NCBI RefSeq assembly: GCF_030684315.1
Contig: NC_081370.1
Span: 49,494,728 to 49,558,727 of the forward strand
Direction: 5' to 3'
DNA from: Stegostoma tigrinum
Lineage: Eukaryota
Length of the DNA: 64,000 bases
The notes under the pieces were generated by a model. The model saw nothing but the letters and a program-made list of their open reading frames with translations, searched no databases and was not told where the DNA came from. This document shows positions 25,991 through 38,855 of this stretch, in pieces (the first letter of the stretch is position 1; every line of letters begins with the position of its first letter). The position numbers were made by a program, and so were the translations under genes.

Positions 25991-26237
25991 AAATTTTGTG
26001 AAACGTTATACTCGATCTAGTATGTTGTCTAGTCGGCTCCCAACATACTGCTCTGGAGAACCAACCTAACACAAATTTCAGAAATGCATCCTCTACAGTT
26101 CACCCAGTCTATATACAGATTAAAGTCATTGTGTGGGATAATTATGGCCATGCTGATCTCATTTTATGATTAATATCATTCCCCACACTATACCTGCTGT
26201 CTAGTGGCCTATAAAAAGAAACTCCAACCAGTGTCTG

Positions 26238-26608
26238 GGGGAGAGGGGGAGGCGGACCAAAGATGGAGAGAAAAGAAGATAGGTGGAGAGGAGAGTATAG
26301 GTGGGGAGGTAGGGAGGGGATAGGTCAGTCCAGGGAAGATGGACAGGTCTTTCCTGGACTGACCTATCCCCTCCCTACCTCCCCACCTATACTCTCCTCT
26401 CCACCTATCTTCTTTTCTCTCCATCTTCGGTCCGCCTCCCCTCTCTCCCTATTTATTCCAGAACCCTCACCCCATCCCCCTCTCTGATGAAGGGTCTAGA
26501 CCCGAAATGTCAGCTTTTATGCTCCTGAGATGCTGCTGGGCCTGCTGTGTTCATCCAGCCTCACATTTTATTATCTTGGATTCTCCAACATCTGCAGTTC
26601 CCATTATC
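26238..26608 (+). mobile_element. Penelope-like 3' end with inverted 5' segment and hammerhead
   Basis: 26238-26347 inverts the following sequence; core ctgatga-agggtctagaccc-gaaa-tgtc at 26484-26511; TSD actccaacca(g/a)tgtctg at 26221-26237 and 26609-26625. Confidence 0.9.
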
Positions 26609-28236
26609 ACTCCAACCAATGTCTGTTGTCCTTTGCTGTTTCTTAGGTTTACAAATCAAATTCCACACTTTATTCTGATCTGATATCTTACTGATTTCAT
26701 CCCTCAATATCAGCACAACTCTGCCTCCTATTATTTCTCATCTGTTTTTCCCAAGGGTCAGATATCGTTGAATATTCAGTTCCTCGCTCTGGCCACCAGC
26801 CAACCACATTATGAGCGCTGCATGCATTCAGGTTCCATGCTCTTAGCTTTGACTTTTTGACATCATTCCACTCTTGAAGAATACTTCACATACATGCATA
26901 TGTTTCTCCTGTCTTCTAGTGTCTCTGGCATCTTTTTTAACTTCCTGCTACCAACAACTTTACTTCCTTTTAATTTGGGGTACCCCTCATGTACCCATCC
27001 CCCTGATAAGCAAGTTCAAACCTGTCCCAACAGCTCTAGCAAACATAGACACTGATATTCAGAACTGTTAGCAACCAGCCAGCAATGTGTCATTCAATAG
27101 ATGTCTCACATTGCTGAGGTATTGCTGCTTGAGACCGTCAGTGGTCAGTTCCGCAACACTCCTGGTGGCAATGTAGCTCTCACTTCTGGAATGCATTCAG
27201 ATGGTGAAGTGGGTTTGTGTACAATAATCATATCTGCACACAGCCAGCCTCTGGTTACTCATGGTAGCTCAAAGACATGAAAAACAACAAAATACCTCAG
27301 GATGAATGCATTGATGCCAGCAGGCACTCACTTCATCTACTCTTACTCGAACCATACATTGATGGAGTAAAACCACTTGTTGTCGTTCCAGTCTTTATTT
27401 ACAAGGGGCTCAGAGAATCACTTAGGTCATGTCAATGGCTCCTCTTCTAATTCTTTTGCATGCATCAGACATGCAATGATTTCCATTGCAGACCTCTGGC
27501 TACTTTAGGTCTTTCTCCAGTGCCTCACCAGTGTAATATTTTGCCTACCCTTTGCCTATGAGATGAATGAGCAGCCTGGTTGATTTTCCAGTAAAGCACA
27601 GTGTCAGCACAACTGGGAATGCAAGAGCTCATTTTGATTCAAACACATGGACCACAGAACTCCTGAGATTTTGCAGGATACCATTTATTTAAATAATTGC
27701 TCAATTGCGTCCAGAGGAAATCGACTAAGGATGTATAAGTCAATGAGCGAGCCATCCGTACAACGTTGCTGAAGAATTTCTGCCACATCATAAAGGAACA
27801 GTAACATTTGTAAAGGCAGAGGAAATAAACTATGAGGACAAAGTAACAAGTAATATAAAAACAGACAGAAATAACTTCTTTAAATAGATAAAAAAAGAGA
27901 GTTGCTAAAGTGGCCATGAGAATGTTGAGAAAAAGACCGGATGAACAATTATGCGGGACTAGGCAGATGAGTTAAGTAATTACTTTGATCAGGTTTCACA
28001 ATAGAGGGCACAAATAGCATTCCAAAAATACGACAAAGTCAAAGGAGTAAGGGAGAGACCATAACAATCCCTCGAGCAAGAGGGCAGCAAATTAATGGAG
28101 CTAAAGCTGATACGTCTCCTGGACATGATCAGTTGTATTCTCTGACTTTAAAGTAAGTAGGAATAGATATAATCGATGTGCTGGTAATAATCTTGCAAGA
28201 ACCTTTACATGCTGACAAAATCCCAAGAGATCCAAA

Positions 28237-28398
28237 GAGCTGCAGATTAGCTTGATCGGCCATGATGAATTACTCCATAGTGTTCAGGGTTGTGCAGGTT
28301 TCGGTGGATTAGCCATGGGACGCTCTTCGGAGGGGTAGTGTGGACTCAATGGGCTGAATGGGCTGCTTCCACACAGTAAGGATTCTATGACTCTGTGA
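28237..28398 (+). mobile_element. HE1/V-SINE 3' half
   Basis: ggtggattagccatggg...tgggctgaatgggctgcttccacacagtaaggattctatga. Confidence 0.7.
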
Positions 28399-29170
28399 TT
28401 TGAATATCAATATCACACCCTTATCCAAAAAGGGAGACAGACCAAAAAAAGTGGCCAAGTACAGATCACTTAGCTTATCATCTGGCAATGAGAAAATGTT
28501 AGAAAAGAATCAAGCAAAGTCAACATGGCTTCATAAAAAAGAAATCATGCCTGACAAGTTTCTTGAGGAGCTCCTTGAAGAGGTAATGAGCAGGTGGATA
28601 AAAGGAAACCAGTTGATTTAATATACTTGGACTTCCAAAAGGCATCCAGTAAGGTATGGTACATTAGGCTAACTAACAAAGTGAGCCCATGGTGTGTAGC
28701 ATGGCTAGCAGATTAAAGACATTATAAAAGACAGGGAGTTGGGATAAAGAGGGCATTTTCAAGATGGTAACCTGTAACTTACAAAGTACTCAGGGATTAG
28801 TGATGGGCCACAATTATTTGTAACATATATTAATGATGGATTTGAATGTACAATAGCCAAATTTATGAATGACACACAAATAAGTCGGAAGGCAAATAGT
28901 GACGATGACACAAGAGTCTACAAAGAGATATAGATAGATTGAGTGAGTGGACAAAACTTGGCAAATGTTAGATGTGTTGTGTGAGAAAATGCAAATGAAA
29001 ACCCTTTGGCAGCAATAAAAGAAGAGCTGAATATTATTTAAATTAGGAAAGTTGCAGCACAAGGGATTTGAGAGACTTTGTGTATGAACCACCAATAACT
29101 ATTTTTGAAGTTCTACGGGTAATAGGGAGAGCAATTATAATGTTCTCCTTTATTTCAAAGATGTTGAAGG

Positions 29171-30652
29171 CAATAGACAATAGACATAGACAATAGGTGC
29201 TGGAGTAGGCCATTCGGCCCTTCAAGCCAGCATCACCATTCATTATGATCATGGCTGATCATCCATGATCGGTATCCTGTTCCTGCCTTATCCCCATAAC
29301 CCTTGATTCCACTATCTTTAAGAGCTCTATCTCTTTCTTGAAAGTATCCAGAAACTTGGCCTGCACTGCCTTCTGGGGCAGAGCATTCCATATATCCACC
29401 ACTCTCTGGGTGAAGAAGTTTTTCCTCAACTCTGTTCTAAATGGCCTACCCCTTATTTTTAAACTGTGTCCTCTGATTCTGGACTCACCCATCAGCGGAA
29501 ACATGCTTCCTGCCTCCAGAATGTCCAATTCCTTAATAATCTTATATGCCTCAATCAGATCCCCTCTCATCCTTCTAAACTCAAGTGTATACAAGCCCAG
29601 TCACTCCAATCTTTCAACATATGATAGTCCCGCCGTTCCGGGAATTGACCTCGTGAACGGGGGCGGCATGGTGGCTCAGTGGTTAGCACTGCAGCTCACA
29701 GCGCCAGGGACCCGGGTTCAATTCAGCCTCAGGCGACTGCCTGTGTGGAGTTTGTACATTCTCCCCATGCCTGAGTGGGTTTCCTCCGGGTGCTCCGGTT
29801 TCCTCCCACAGTCCAAAGATGTGCAGGTTAGGTGGATTGGCCATGCTAAATTGCCCACAGTGTTCAGGGGTGTGTGGGTTATAGGGGGATGGGTCTGGGT
29901 GGGATTCTTCAAGGGGCGGTGTGGACTTGTTGGGCCGAAGGGCCTGTTTCCACACTGTAGGGAATCTAATAATAAACCTACGCTGCACACCCTCAATAGC
30001 AAGAATGTCCTTCCTCAAATTTGCAGACCAAAACTGCACACAATACTCCAGGTGTGGTCTCACCAGGGCCCTGTACAGCTGCAGAAGGACCTCTTTGCTC
30101 CTATACTCAATTCCTCTTGTGATGAAGGCCAGCATGCTATTAGCTTTCTTCACTGCCTGCTGTACTTGCATGCTTGCTCTCATTGACTGATGTACAAGAA
30201 CACCTAGATCTCATTGTACTTCCCCTTTACCTAACTTGACTCCATTGAGATAGTAATCTGCCTTCCTGTTCTTGCCACCAAAGTGTATAACCACACATTT
30301 ATCCACATTAAACTGCATCTGCCATGCATCCGCCCACTCACCTAGCCTGTCCAAGTCACCCTGTATTCTCATAACTTCCTCCTCACATTTTGCACTGCCA
30401 CCCAACTTTATGTCATCAGCAAATTTGCTAATATTACTTTTATTGCCTTCGTCTATATCATTAATAGTTATCGTAAACAGCTGCGGACCCAGCACCGAAC
30501 CTTGTGGTACTCCACTGGTCACCGCCTGCCATTCCAAAAGGGATCCATTTATCACTACTCTTTGCTTCCTGTCAGCCAGCCAATTTTCAATCCAACTCAG
30601 TATTTTGCCCCCAATACCTTGTGCCCTAATTTTGTTCACCAATCTCCTACAT
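29171..30652 (-). mobile_element. Younger CR1 LINE (RT domain to 3' tail)
   Basis: ORFs 30211-30687 (TSGVPQGSVLGP..ISKFADD), 29683-30183 and 29259-29594; (caataga)n tail; possible TSD ggcaa. Confidence 0.95.
29659..29974 (+). mobile_element. Full-length HE1/V-SINE nested in CR1
   Basis: gggcggcatggtggctcagtggttagcact (A box), gggttcaattc (B box), central domain, aatctaataat tail; splits CR1 at gtgaac|ctacgc. Confidence 0.95.
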
Positions 30653-30944
30653 GGCAAAAAAAGGGGATTCTTAACACAACTATGCAAAGAACTACTCAGA
30701 CACCACCTGAAATAATGTGAACAGTTTTGGTCCTGTTATCAAAAGAAAGGTGTTTTGTCATTGAAGGCAGTCCTAAAACAGTTATGTTCATTGATTCTGG
30801 GTATGGAAGGATTTTCTGATGAAGAAAGGTTAGGTTGGTTGAGCTTTTACTCATCGGAGTTTAGAGGAATGAGAGGAGACCATATTGAAACTTGTAAGAT
30901 TCTCAGGGATCTTGACAAGTAGATGTGGAGGGCTGTTTCTCCTT

Positions 30945-31570
30945 ATGGACCAGGCTAAACCTCCTCAAAATATATTGCAAAGATAGCCCAGACCCTAACT
31001 TTTTCTTATTTTAATGTGTTGTATTTCAGTTGCAATTTGATTGGGCAAACTGCCAATCTTGATGCAAAACACACTTCATTCATATACTATAGATAAAATA
31101 CAAGAAAAGAAAGAATAAGTTGAAAAAACAGCTCAATTGGAAAAATTAATGGAATAATAGATTATATAACCACTATATAGTAACTGTTCCAATATGGTAA
31201 CATCCCATAAACACACACCTGCAAAGGCTAATTTACTAAAATAGATTGTCTCACAGCTAATTCTCCAGTCTGGGAAGAAAAGCATCAAGAGAAAACTCTG
31301 AGAGAGAGAGACAGTAACAGGGAGAAAATGTTCTGCAGCTTCCAAACTGAGCTTCAAGGCCCCAGCAAATGCTACTGAGAAACTAAAATGAAAAATCCTG
31401 GCTCTCTGGTTGCTTGATCCCACCCATTCAGGCTGCTTCTTTTGTTCCAACTTTTAAAAAACCCAAGGCCTCACAAACTGTTTATTTTATTGTCTGGCAT
31501 GCACCTCTATCACAACCTTTCCTCAATTAAAAAATGGACAAAATGCACTTCTTAAAGCCAGTATTGTCAT
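30945..31570 (-). mobile_element. Solo-LTR-like repeat (same family as 41272-41930)
   Basis: ~620 bp colinear with 41272-41930 (aagatagcccagaccctaactttttcttatttta; aacatcccataaaca; cttaaagc); interrupts CR1. Confidence 0.6.
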
Positions 31571-32369
31571 AGGAGAGTCTTGGATCAGAAGGCATAATCT
31601 GAGAAAAGGGGATCATCCCTTTAAAAGAGACTTGATAAATTTACTTTCTGCCAGAGGGTAGTGAATCTTAGCATTCTTTACCTCAGAGGGCTGTCAAGAT
31701 TTTGTCATTAAATGCAGTCAAGGCTGAGACAGACAGGTTTTGACCCAGTAATTGGATCAAGAGTTATGGGAAATAAGGCAGTATGGGGATGAGGATGATA
31801 AGGCCAGCCATGATTTCATTGAAAAGGAAGAAGACCTAATGGGCTAAATGTCTGATTTCTACTACAGTTTGTTGTTTATAGCTTAGTAGTCAAAAACACA
31901 AATATCTTGCTATGTAAAAGACAAAATGAAGGCTTCACCTGAAGTAGGGGAGGATGAATGACTTGTTTTTTACTGAAAGCCCAAGGCACAATGCTAAGAA
32001 TGGTGCAGTAAATGGGGATTATCATCTCTATGTCCTGACGTTCCTTCCTCATTACTCATGTGTTCGTGCTCCCTAGGAAATGACAGCAAGGGGAGAAGAG
32101 TGTACACGCATATGAGGAGGTAATCATTACAGATTCTTAATGCTGTGACCTAAGGGCTTCACAAGTCCCTTTTAAAATAAATCTTCAATTCCAAGATCTG
32201 ACTCCCTGTAGAAATATCAAAGTGTAATTGGGCAGCTAAAGGTTAAAATGTTGTGTAGTCAAATATGTCCTTGCAGTATTCTAAGTAAGAGGTGTTCTTG
32301 TCATCGTGTGTTTTATTAGATGACTTTGGCAAAGATTAGGAGGTGAGGTCATGTGTGTGTCTCTCTCTC

Positions 32370-32374
<5 letters not shown>

Positions 32375-32431
<57 letters not shown>

Positions 32432-32443
32432 ACACACATACAC
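32375..32443. repeat. (CA)n microsatellite
   Basis: Direct reading. Confidence 0.98.
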
Positions 32444-32449
32444 AAGTGA

Positions 32450-32955
32450 ATCGATGGGGTAAGTTTATATTTTCAGATGCATTTTATTTTGTTCAAAAAG
32501 CACACAATTTATGGGCTGTCAGTCAATATGATGTTTTATAAATTCCTACTCCAAACCAAAACACAAACAGATTCTAAACAAGGCCTCACATCTAACATGC
32601 ATTGTCTAACCCAAAATGTTACCTCTTCTTTACACTGATAAAACCTTTAGCTCTCTCAGGACTGTGGCTTGAAAGGAATTCAGGGATTTACATTTGCGTA
32701 TTAATCAATTAAAGCCTTCTAATTGATTAAAGATTTAACAGCATCTTCGGTTTGTTTAGTACATCCTCATCAATGGTGACCCTTTGATCTTTTACTTATA
32801 AATTCTGAGCCTGACACTGCCTCTCGCACTAACGCCTGAAGAAGGATTGAGGCTCCGACAGCTTGCGTTTTCAAATAAATCTGCTGGACTAGAACCTGGT
32901 GTCGGGTGATTTCTGACTTTGGCTACCCCAGTACAATTCTGGGACCTCCACGTCA
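32450..32955 (+). mobile_element. Penelope-like 3' region (family C) with degenerate hammerhead
   Basis: ctgaaga-aggattgaggctcc-gaca-gctt at ~32836-32864, then aataaatctgctggactagaacctggtgtc; related to 61810-62385. Confidence 0.6.
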
Positions 32956-32992
32956 TAGCTGGAAGTGATGTAGCAGTGGGTTAAATGCTCCA

Positions 32993-33240
32993 GTAAAACA
33001 ATGAACTGCTAGAAATTTGAAACAAAAACAGAAATTGCTGGCATAACTCAGCAGGTCTGGCAGCATCCGTGGAAAGAGAAAGCAGGATTAACATTTAAAG
33101 GTGAGTTCTGATGTAGAGTCGCCGGACTTGAAACATGAACTCTGCTTTCTCTCCACAGATGCCGCCAGGCCTGCCCAGTTTTGCCAGCAATTTCTCTTCT
33201 CGTTTCAGATTTCCAGCTTCTACAGTTCTTTATTTTATTC
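32993..33240. mobile_element. Palindromic Penelope-like terminus (family B)
   Basis: Arms aaattgctggc..aactcagcaggtctggcagcatc and gatgccgccaggcctgcccagttttgccagcaattt; gagtt-ctgatgt-agagtcgccggactt-gaaa-catg-aactc at ~33104-33142. Confidence 0.75.
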
Positions 33241-35129
33241 TCAAATTGATACTGGCCAAACTCAAAAAGGTTGACAACCTGATAACTGTGCAGATCTTAA
33301 CAATTTGTGTACATCTTTAAATGATAATGTTTGTAGTCTAACCTTCGTGTTTTTATTTATTTACTTTGTGAATTGTAATTTGTATTGCGATCATAGTAAA
33401 GATATATTTTGGAACAAGACTCCCTCTGGTCTCTGTGCATCGCAGACCAAATCCAATATAAATCACTTACAAATACATTAAGGAAATTTGCCAAGGGACA
33501 TATTTCCTTAATATAGCTTCCGCTAGGGTAACATATACAAGAAATATTTGATTAAATAATAGGATTCATGCTGAAAGAATTACCTAGACATAATAACATG
33601 GAAACACATCATTTAACTTCGCAGTTTTCTGTTGGTGTTTGGCTGCTTCATAAACAATACTCCTCATCCCACGTGCCCACCCCATTTACATTTATTCCCC
33701 AAACACTTGCTTAATGCGTTCCTGAGATTCATGCTTCAATCATGAACTCTGGTGATGTGTTAAGCAGATTCATACAGCAGAAGTTTTCCAACCTGGCACA
33801 TTAATTTTCTGTTCGAACCGACCATTTTGGAATCATGACCCCATATGCTAGGAGTAGCTGATTCAGAGGAATCCTTCAGGATCACTGTACAATTTTAGGG
33901 AAGGGGAATGGATGAGGAGGAGGCAGGGGGACAAAAATGGGGCAGCTTCAGCCATGTTTCCAATGAATCTTTAGCTGACGTAAAAATGACAAATTTGAAA
34001 TAGTTGCAGCAAATTTCTTCAGCACCAGCAGACTCTGTGGCATTGGTCTCTTGGCAAAAAAAACCCTGTAAAGGCAAGAGCAAAATCCGAAATTGCCAGA
34101 AAGACTAGTAGATCTGGCAGCATCTTTGGAGAGGAAGCAAAGTTAATATTTTGGGTGCAGTAACCCTTTTTCTGAGTTCTTGTCATTGTCCTTAACATCT
34201 TATCATTGACCCAGGTGTAAACACGTCTCCTTGGGCCCTGCTAAAATTCTACCTGTAGGCTTAACCAATAACAAGGGAGAGCGGGTCCCATGGGATCACA
34301 TGGGAAACATGGGAGAATGGTCAGTAGATCTGTCTTTCACCAGAATCACAGATGTGCAGTGTTGTTTGGAGAAACACTTTAGAACCCCAAACAGTGCGTT
34401 TTGCTATAGTGTTGTTGCCTCTGTTGTAGTTTTTTTCATATATTTTCAGATCAACCTGTTTGGAAATGCTATTGCACAGTTTTGGATCAGTTGGGGCTTG
34501 ATCCTATGCTTCCTGGGTTTGTGCACTTTAGAGAGAGAAGCCATTAGGACACACAGTGACCAAGTATGATGGGAAATCCTTTGACAGAAATCTCAATTCC
34601 AGATTAAAAGTACTAACCCAATATGCAATGTCGAGGAGATGGTGATGAGAAGGAGACAGGGACAATTCAAGAGAGGATTCAAGATGCATGGAGGTTTTTT
34701 GCCCAGTGCACTGATACCTCCCTGATGTACTATTGGATCTGACAGGTTGCAGAAGGTTATTCTAATTTCTAACAGCGAGAGGAAACTGTGGTGGAAATGG
34801 AACGGCTGTAATACGTTGCACAGGGGGTAACACCTGATAGTTATGGCCAAATGGTTAAGGTGAGGGATTTTAAAACTTCTTAAGGTCTCCCCTCATAGGT
34901 TCTAATCCAGCCAACTGCTTTTGTTTATGGCTGAACTCTGTTTACTTGACTGTGTGTAAATAAGTGTGTGTTTTTAAGGCTCCTATTGTGAGTGGTAATG
35001 TCCCTATTTCTGGGCTTGGAGCATGAGGTTCAAGTCTCACATGTTTGAAGACCCTGGATGGGAGGTTATTTAGGAAAATATCTACCCAGGAAGTCAGCAA
35101 CAGAAAGGAATTCCCACACTCGTGTTCAA

Positions 35130-35310
35130 GAGAAGAAGAATGGATGTGGACATAATCGAAATGTTTCAAAAGCATTTGGATAGGTACATAAATAGGGAAT
35201 GTTTGGAGGGAGGTCGGCCAGGAGCAGGCAGGTAGGGCTCGTTTAGTTTGGGAATATGGTCAGCATGGTTGGACCAAAGAGTCTGTTTCTGCGCTATTTT
35301 ACTCTGTTGG
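35130..35310 (+). mobile_element. CR1 3' end fragment
   Basis: tttcaaaagcatttggataggtacat...tggaccaaagagtctgtttc. Confidence 0.65.
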
Positions 35311-35949
35311 CTCTGTAAGAAACATTCATTATTCAATCTTTCTGCATGAATGTATCCTCACATTTCTAACATTGGCTTTGTAAATCTTTCATTAGCTGCA
35401 TCCACTATCTCTTTGCATTTTATAATATAATGATCAGAAATGTACACAATGTTCAGCATATGTCCAAATCAATGCTCAATGCAATTTCAGCATTTTTTCA
35501 CTTTTCAGTTTAGGCCTTTTCCACGAACCTAGCGCTTCGCTTGTTTTTTTTCGTTAGTGACCTTATTAATCTGTGTCGCTACTTTCAGGAGTATTTGTTT
35601 GTCTTCCATGGATTACGTTGCAGTAATCAAATGTAATTGACAAAATAAATGGATTTCCGTAACCCGTGCACTGACCTGAGAGGCAATCCAACATCAGTTA
35701 AAAATCTGAATCAATTCCTGTTTGGCAATTCAAATTTCAGTAGAAATGTCCACCGAGCTAAGAGATGATCTCGAAGAAATTTCTTTAATGCTGTGTCCAC
35801 TTTGCACAGATACTGTGAGATTGTAAGAGATAGAGTATGAAGTAAAGTAATGTTGCTCATTCTTGAGAGTGGCCACCAAATAAGAATGATTATTATGCAA
35901 TAAAAATAAATTGCATTGATATATTTTCATCCGCATTAAATTTCTGAAA

Positions 35950-36250
35950 TTCCATTGGAATTCTGGTGTCATAGCTGCATACCAGCAGAACTCCTGGGAA
36001 AATGGTGTGGATCCCATTGATCCTGGCCTCTGCCTTTTTTTCCAGGTGTTTCTTGGATGCATTCCGAGAGCTGGATCTCATTCTTTCATATTAATAACAT
36101 GCAAGTTATGTTTGGCATCATGGTCAAGGAAGCTGGAAAGTGTTTCCATTCTCAGCTTAGAGGAAGCCCTATACACCAAGTGAGAGAAGGCATGCTGACC
36201 TCCACAGGGACAAATATGGTAAGGTCCAATCCAGGCTTCCAAAGAAATTA
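35950..36250 (-). pseudogene. Possible Harbinger (HARBI1-like) transposase relic
   Basis: RINGIHTIFPGVLLVCSY weakly resembles NRKGFHS.NVQLVC; very decayed. Confidence 0.3.
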
Positions 36251-37139
36251 AAATGTTCACAAAATCTTCATGCTTGAAAAATCCATTTCATGAGTCAGTA
36301 AAACAGTGCCCTGGCTTCAAACATGGGACGATTCAGCACTTTGTTCACTATGGACAAGCATCAATGTCAGGCATATAACCTGAAGAATGTGCTGAACAGG
36401 AATAGATAATAATCCTTTTCACAAACTACTGGAAGAGTTTCTTGTTTTTGCCCGTCTGTCCTCTGTTTGTTCTTTGTCCAGATAATATTGTTTTACATAT
36501 TTTGAAAAATCTTGCTGGACAATTTTGAAGCCTTATCCCCACTGCAAGGTCCTGTCAACACTAAGCCTGTCATTAATAGATTCCTACAACATTCAAGTAA
36601 TCCTGTCCTGAAAATCACACACCCTTCTTCCAAAGCAAATGCAGATCACGTGATGCCCCTGTGCTGTATGTGGTGTAGCTTCCCACAGTCTCAAAAAATT
36701 AACAGACAGGAGATAAAACCATTTCATACTGAAGCTGAACCAAGAGTGAAAATCAAATGTGAATGCAGAAAAAGACACTGAAAATGAAGCAAGTTAACTT
36801 TTTTTTATTGGAGATTTTCTTGTGTCAGGTGAGATCAGATTGGGACTCCACTCACAATGTGGCTATTATGTTAATGCAAAGTTAATCAGATATAGTACAA
36901 GTGGACCTTTAATGAACTAATTTATTTACACTGCTTTATTTCACAACAGTACTATCTTTAAAACTGGCCAAATTGATAGTGTTGAAAGTTATTGCTTCCA
37001 GAACAGAAATCCTAATCTCTTGCCCTTACTACAGTGAAAGATTGAAAGTCAAGAGAAACAATTTTAACTACAGGGTTTTTGCTCATCTTCTGATGAATTT
37101 CCTTGCAGAATATTGGAAAAGATCCAAGTGATATTCAGC

Positions 37140-37228
37140 TGACACAATTCCTTTACAGGATGTAATTCAGTTACATGGAGATGCAACACCAGTTACTATG
37201 CATGTGTTGGATTTATTCACAGTGCTTT
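37140..37228. repeat. Arm 1 of a perfect 89-bp inverted duplication
   Basis: Exact reverse complement of 38767-38855. Confidence 0.95.
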
Positions 37229-37886
37229 AAAAACTCTGCTCCATGCGTACGACAGCTTCCATAATTTACTTACTTTTCTCTGAGCCCACTCCCAAGCTTA
37301 ACCCAATAAGGCATGGTTAGCATCAATAGTAAGCAGAATCACGTAATCAAACACTGAACACGACCAAATGCACATTTCACATGAATGCTTAAATGGATTG
37401 CATCTTCGTACTGCTTGCCAGTCTGCTACCTTCATGTGCAGGGAAATGTCCTCTTGTCTTTGGTTAGTAGTGGTTTTCAAAAGGGTACTCTCTGTTCTTA
37501 TCAGTAAGGAGAGTTTAGCTGCAACTGCAGATGGTAGTTGCAGTGTATTGTTGATGATGGATTATCATTTGCAATGCTTTACTGTCTTATTTTAATTGCA
37601 AGGTTTGTAGACTATGAAGAGTCTTGGAACACTTTAATGTCAGAAGGTGTAGGGAAAAAAATTCACATTCTCCACCCATGTTCTATGTCACTATGATGAG
37701 TGGTAAACATGAGCAGACTACAAAAAAAACCCTGTGCCAATGAGCCAGCTTTGGTTCCACTTAATTGACTTCCACTTCAATGTGTGTGGAATGTGACAGA
37801 TTCAGGATGCATGGCATATAACCTGAAGAATTTGAAATAAAATAGGCGATATTTTTGACTCAAAATCAAAGTGCATTTCAGATCAG

Positions 37887-38445
37887 AGATAGTAGGAACT
37901 ACTGCTGCTGGAGGCCTTATGCTCGGTTCATGACAAATGACTGCACCTCCCAGTGTGAACCACTTCAACTCCCACTCAAACTCCTTGGATGACATGTCCA
38001 TCCTGGGCTGCCTCCAGTGCCACAACGATGCTACCCGAAGGTTGCAGAAACAGCACCTCATATTTCACTTGGGAAACCTGCAGCCAAATGGTATCAATGT
38101 GAACTTCACAAGTTCCAAAATCTCCCTGCCCTCGACCACATCCCAAAACCAGTCCAGCTCGTCCCCGCCAACTTGATCTGCCTGTCTTCCCTTGACTTAC
38201 AAGCCCTCATCCTAACTCACCACCATTACTGGCTCCATCCCTGCCTCCTCAGCCTAAATGTCTCCTCTCCACTTAACCACACCTTTATCCATCTTCCATT
38301 CGCCTCCTCCTCTCTCTCTATTTATTTCAGAATCCCCTTCCCCTCCCCCATTTCTGAAGAAGGGTACAGGCCGGAAACATCAACTTTCCTGCTCCTCTGG
38401 TGCTGCTTGGCCTGCTGTGTTCCTCCAACTCTACACCTTGTCACC
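37887..38445 (+). mobile_element. Penelope-like 3' fragment (GIY-YIG C-terminus) with short inverted tail
   Basis: ORF 37937-38176 HFNSHSNSLDDMSILGCLQCHNDATRRLQKQHLIFHLGNLQPNGINVNF; core ctgaaga...gaaa at 38354-38377; TSD tttcagatcag at 37876-37886 and 38450-38460. Confidence 0.9.
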
Positions 38446-38766
38446 TGTGTTTCAGATCAGCTGCTTAGGTCAATCCAGATATCGATTATAGCCAAATAGT
38501 TTATCGCACATCTCAATATAGGCTACAGGTTGCCCACAGCGGAGATGTTTAACAATGATTCAGTGTTTAATGGTGCTCCGAAATAGTGACAGCATCAATG
38601 GAAATCTAACGGTGTAATTCAGAAAGAGTCCTAATTTGTGACTAAGCAGTCAATAAAATCATGATGTCATTTGGAAGCCATCACATCTCGTTAATATTTT
38701 GGAAATGATTGCTAGCATTCAAAAATGATCACAGATTGAAATAAAAATTATGAAAGACAGCCTATG

Positions 38767-38855
38767 AAAGCACTGTGAATAAATCCAACACATGCATAGT
38801 AACTGGTGTTGCATCTCCATGTAACTGAATTACATCCTGTAAAGGAATTGTGTCA
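38767..38855. repeat. Arm 2 of the perfect 89-bp inverted duplication
   Basis: Exact reverse complement of 37140-37228. Confidence 0.95.

Larger units (their letters stand above)
27760..31870 (+). mobile_element. Old CR1 LINE hosting several nested insertions
   Basis: Decayed ORF2 landmarks in order (NITPLSKKG..YRSLSL; tacttggacttccaaaaggc; tttactcatcggagtttagaggaatgagaggagac; cagagggtagtgaatct), split at ~28237, ~29170 and ~30945. Confidence 0.7.

Noticed and set aside
29659-29730. tRNA gene
   Set aside because: The A/B boxes belong to a SINE head that continues into the SINE body; no complete cloverleaf
29338-30186. Longest ORF (282 aa) as a host gene
   Set aside because: It is the antisense frame of CR1 ORF2 read through an inserted SINE
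32353-32541. His/Thr-rich and Cys/Val-rich ORFs (also 48441-48703, 45571-45828)
   Set aside because: Translations of CA/TG microsatellites
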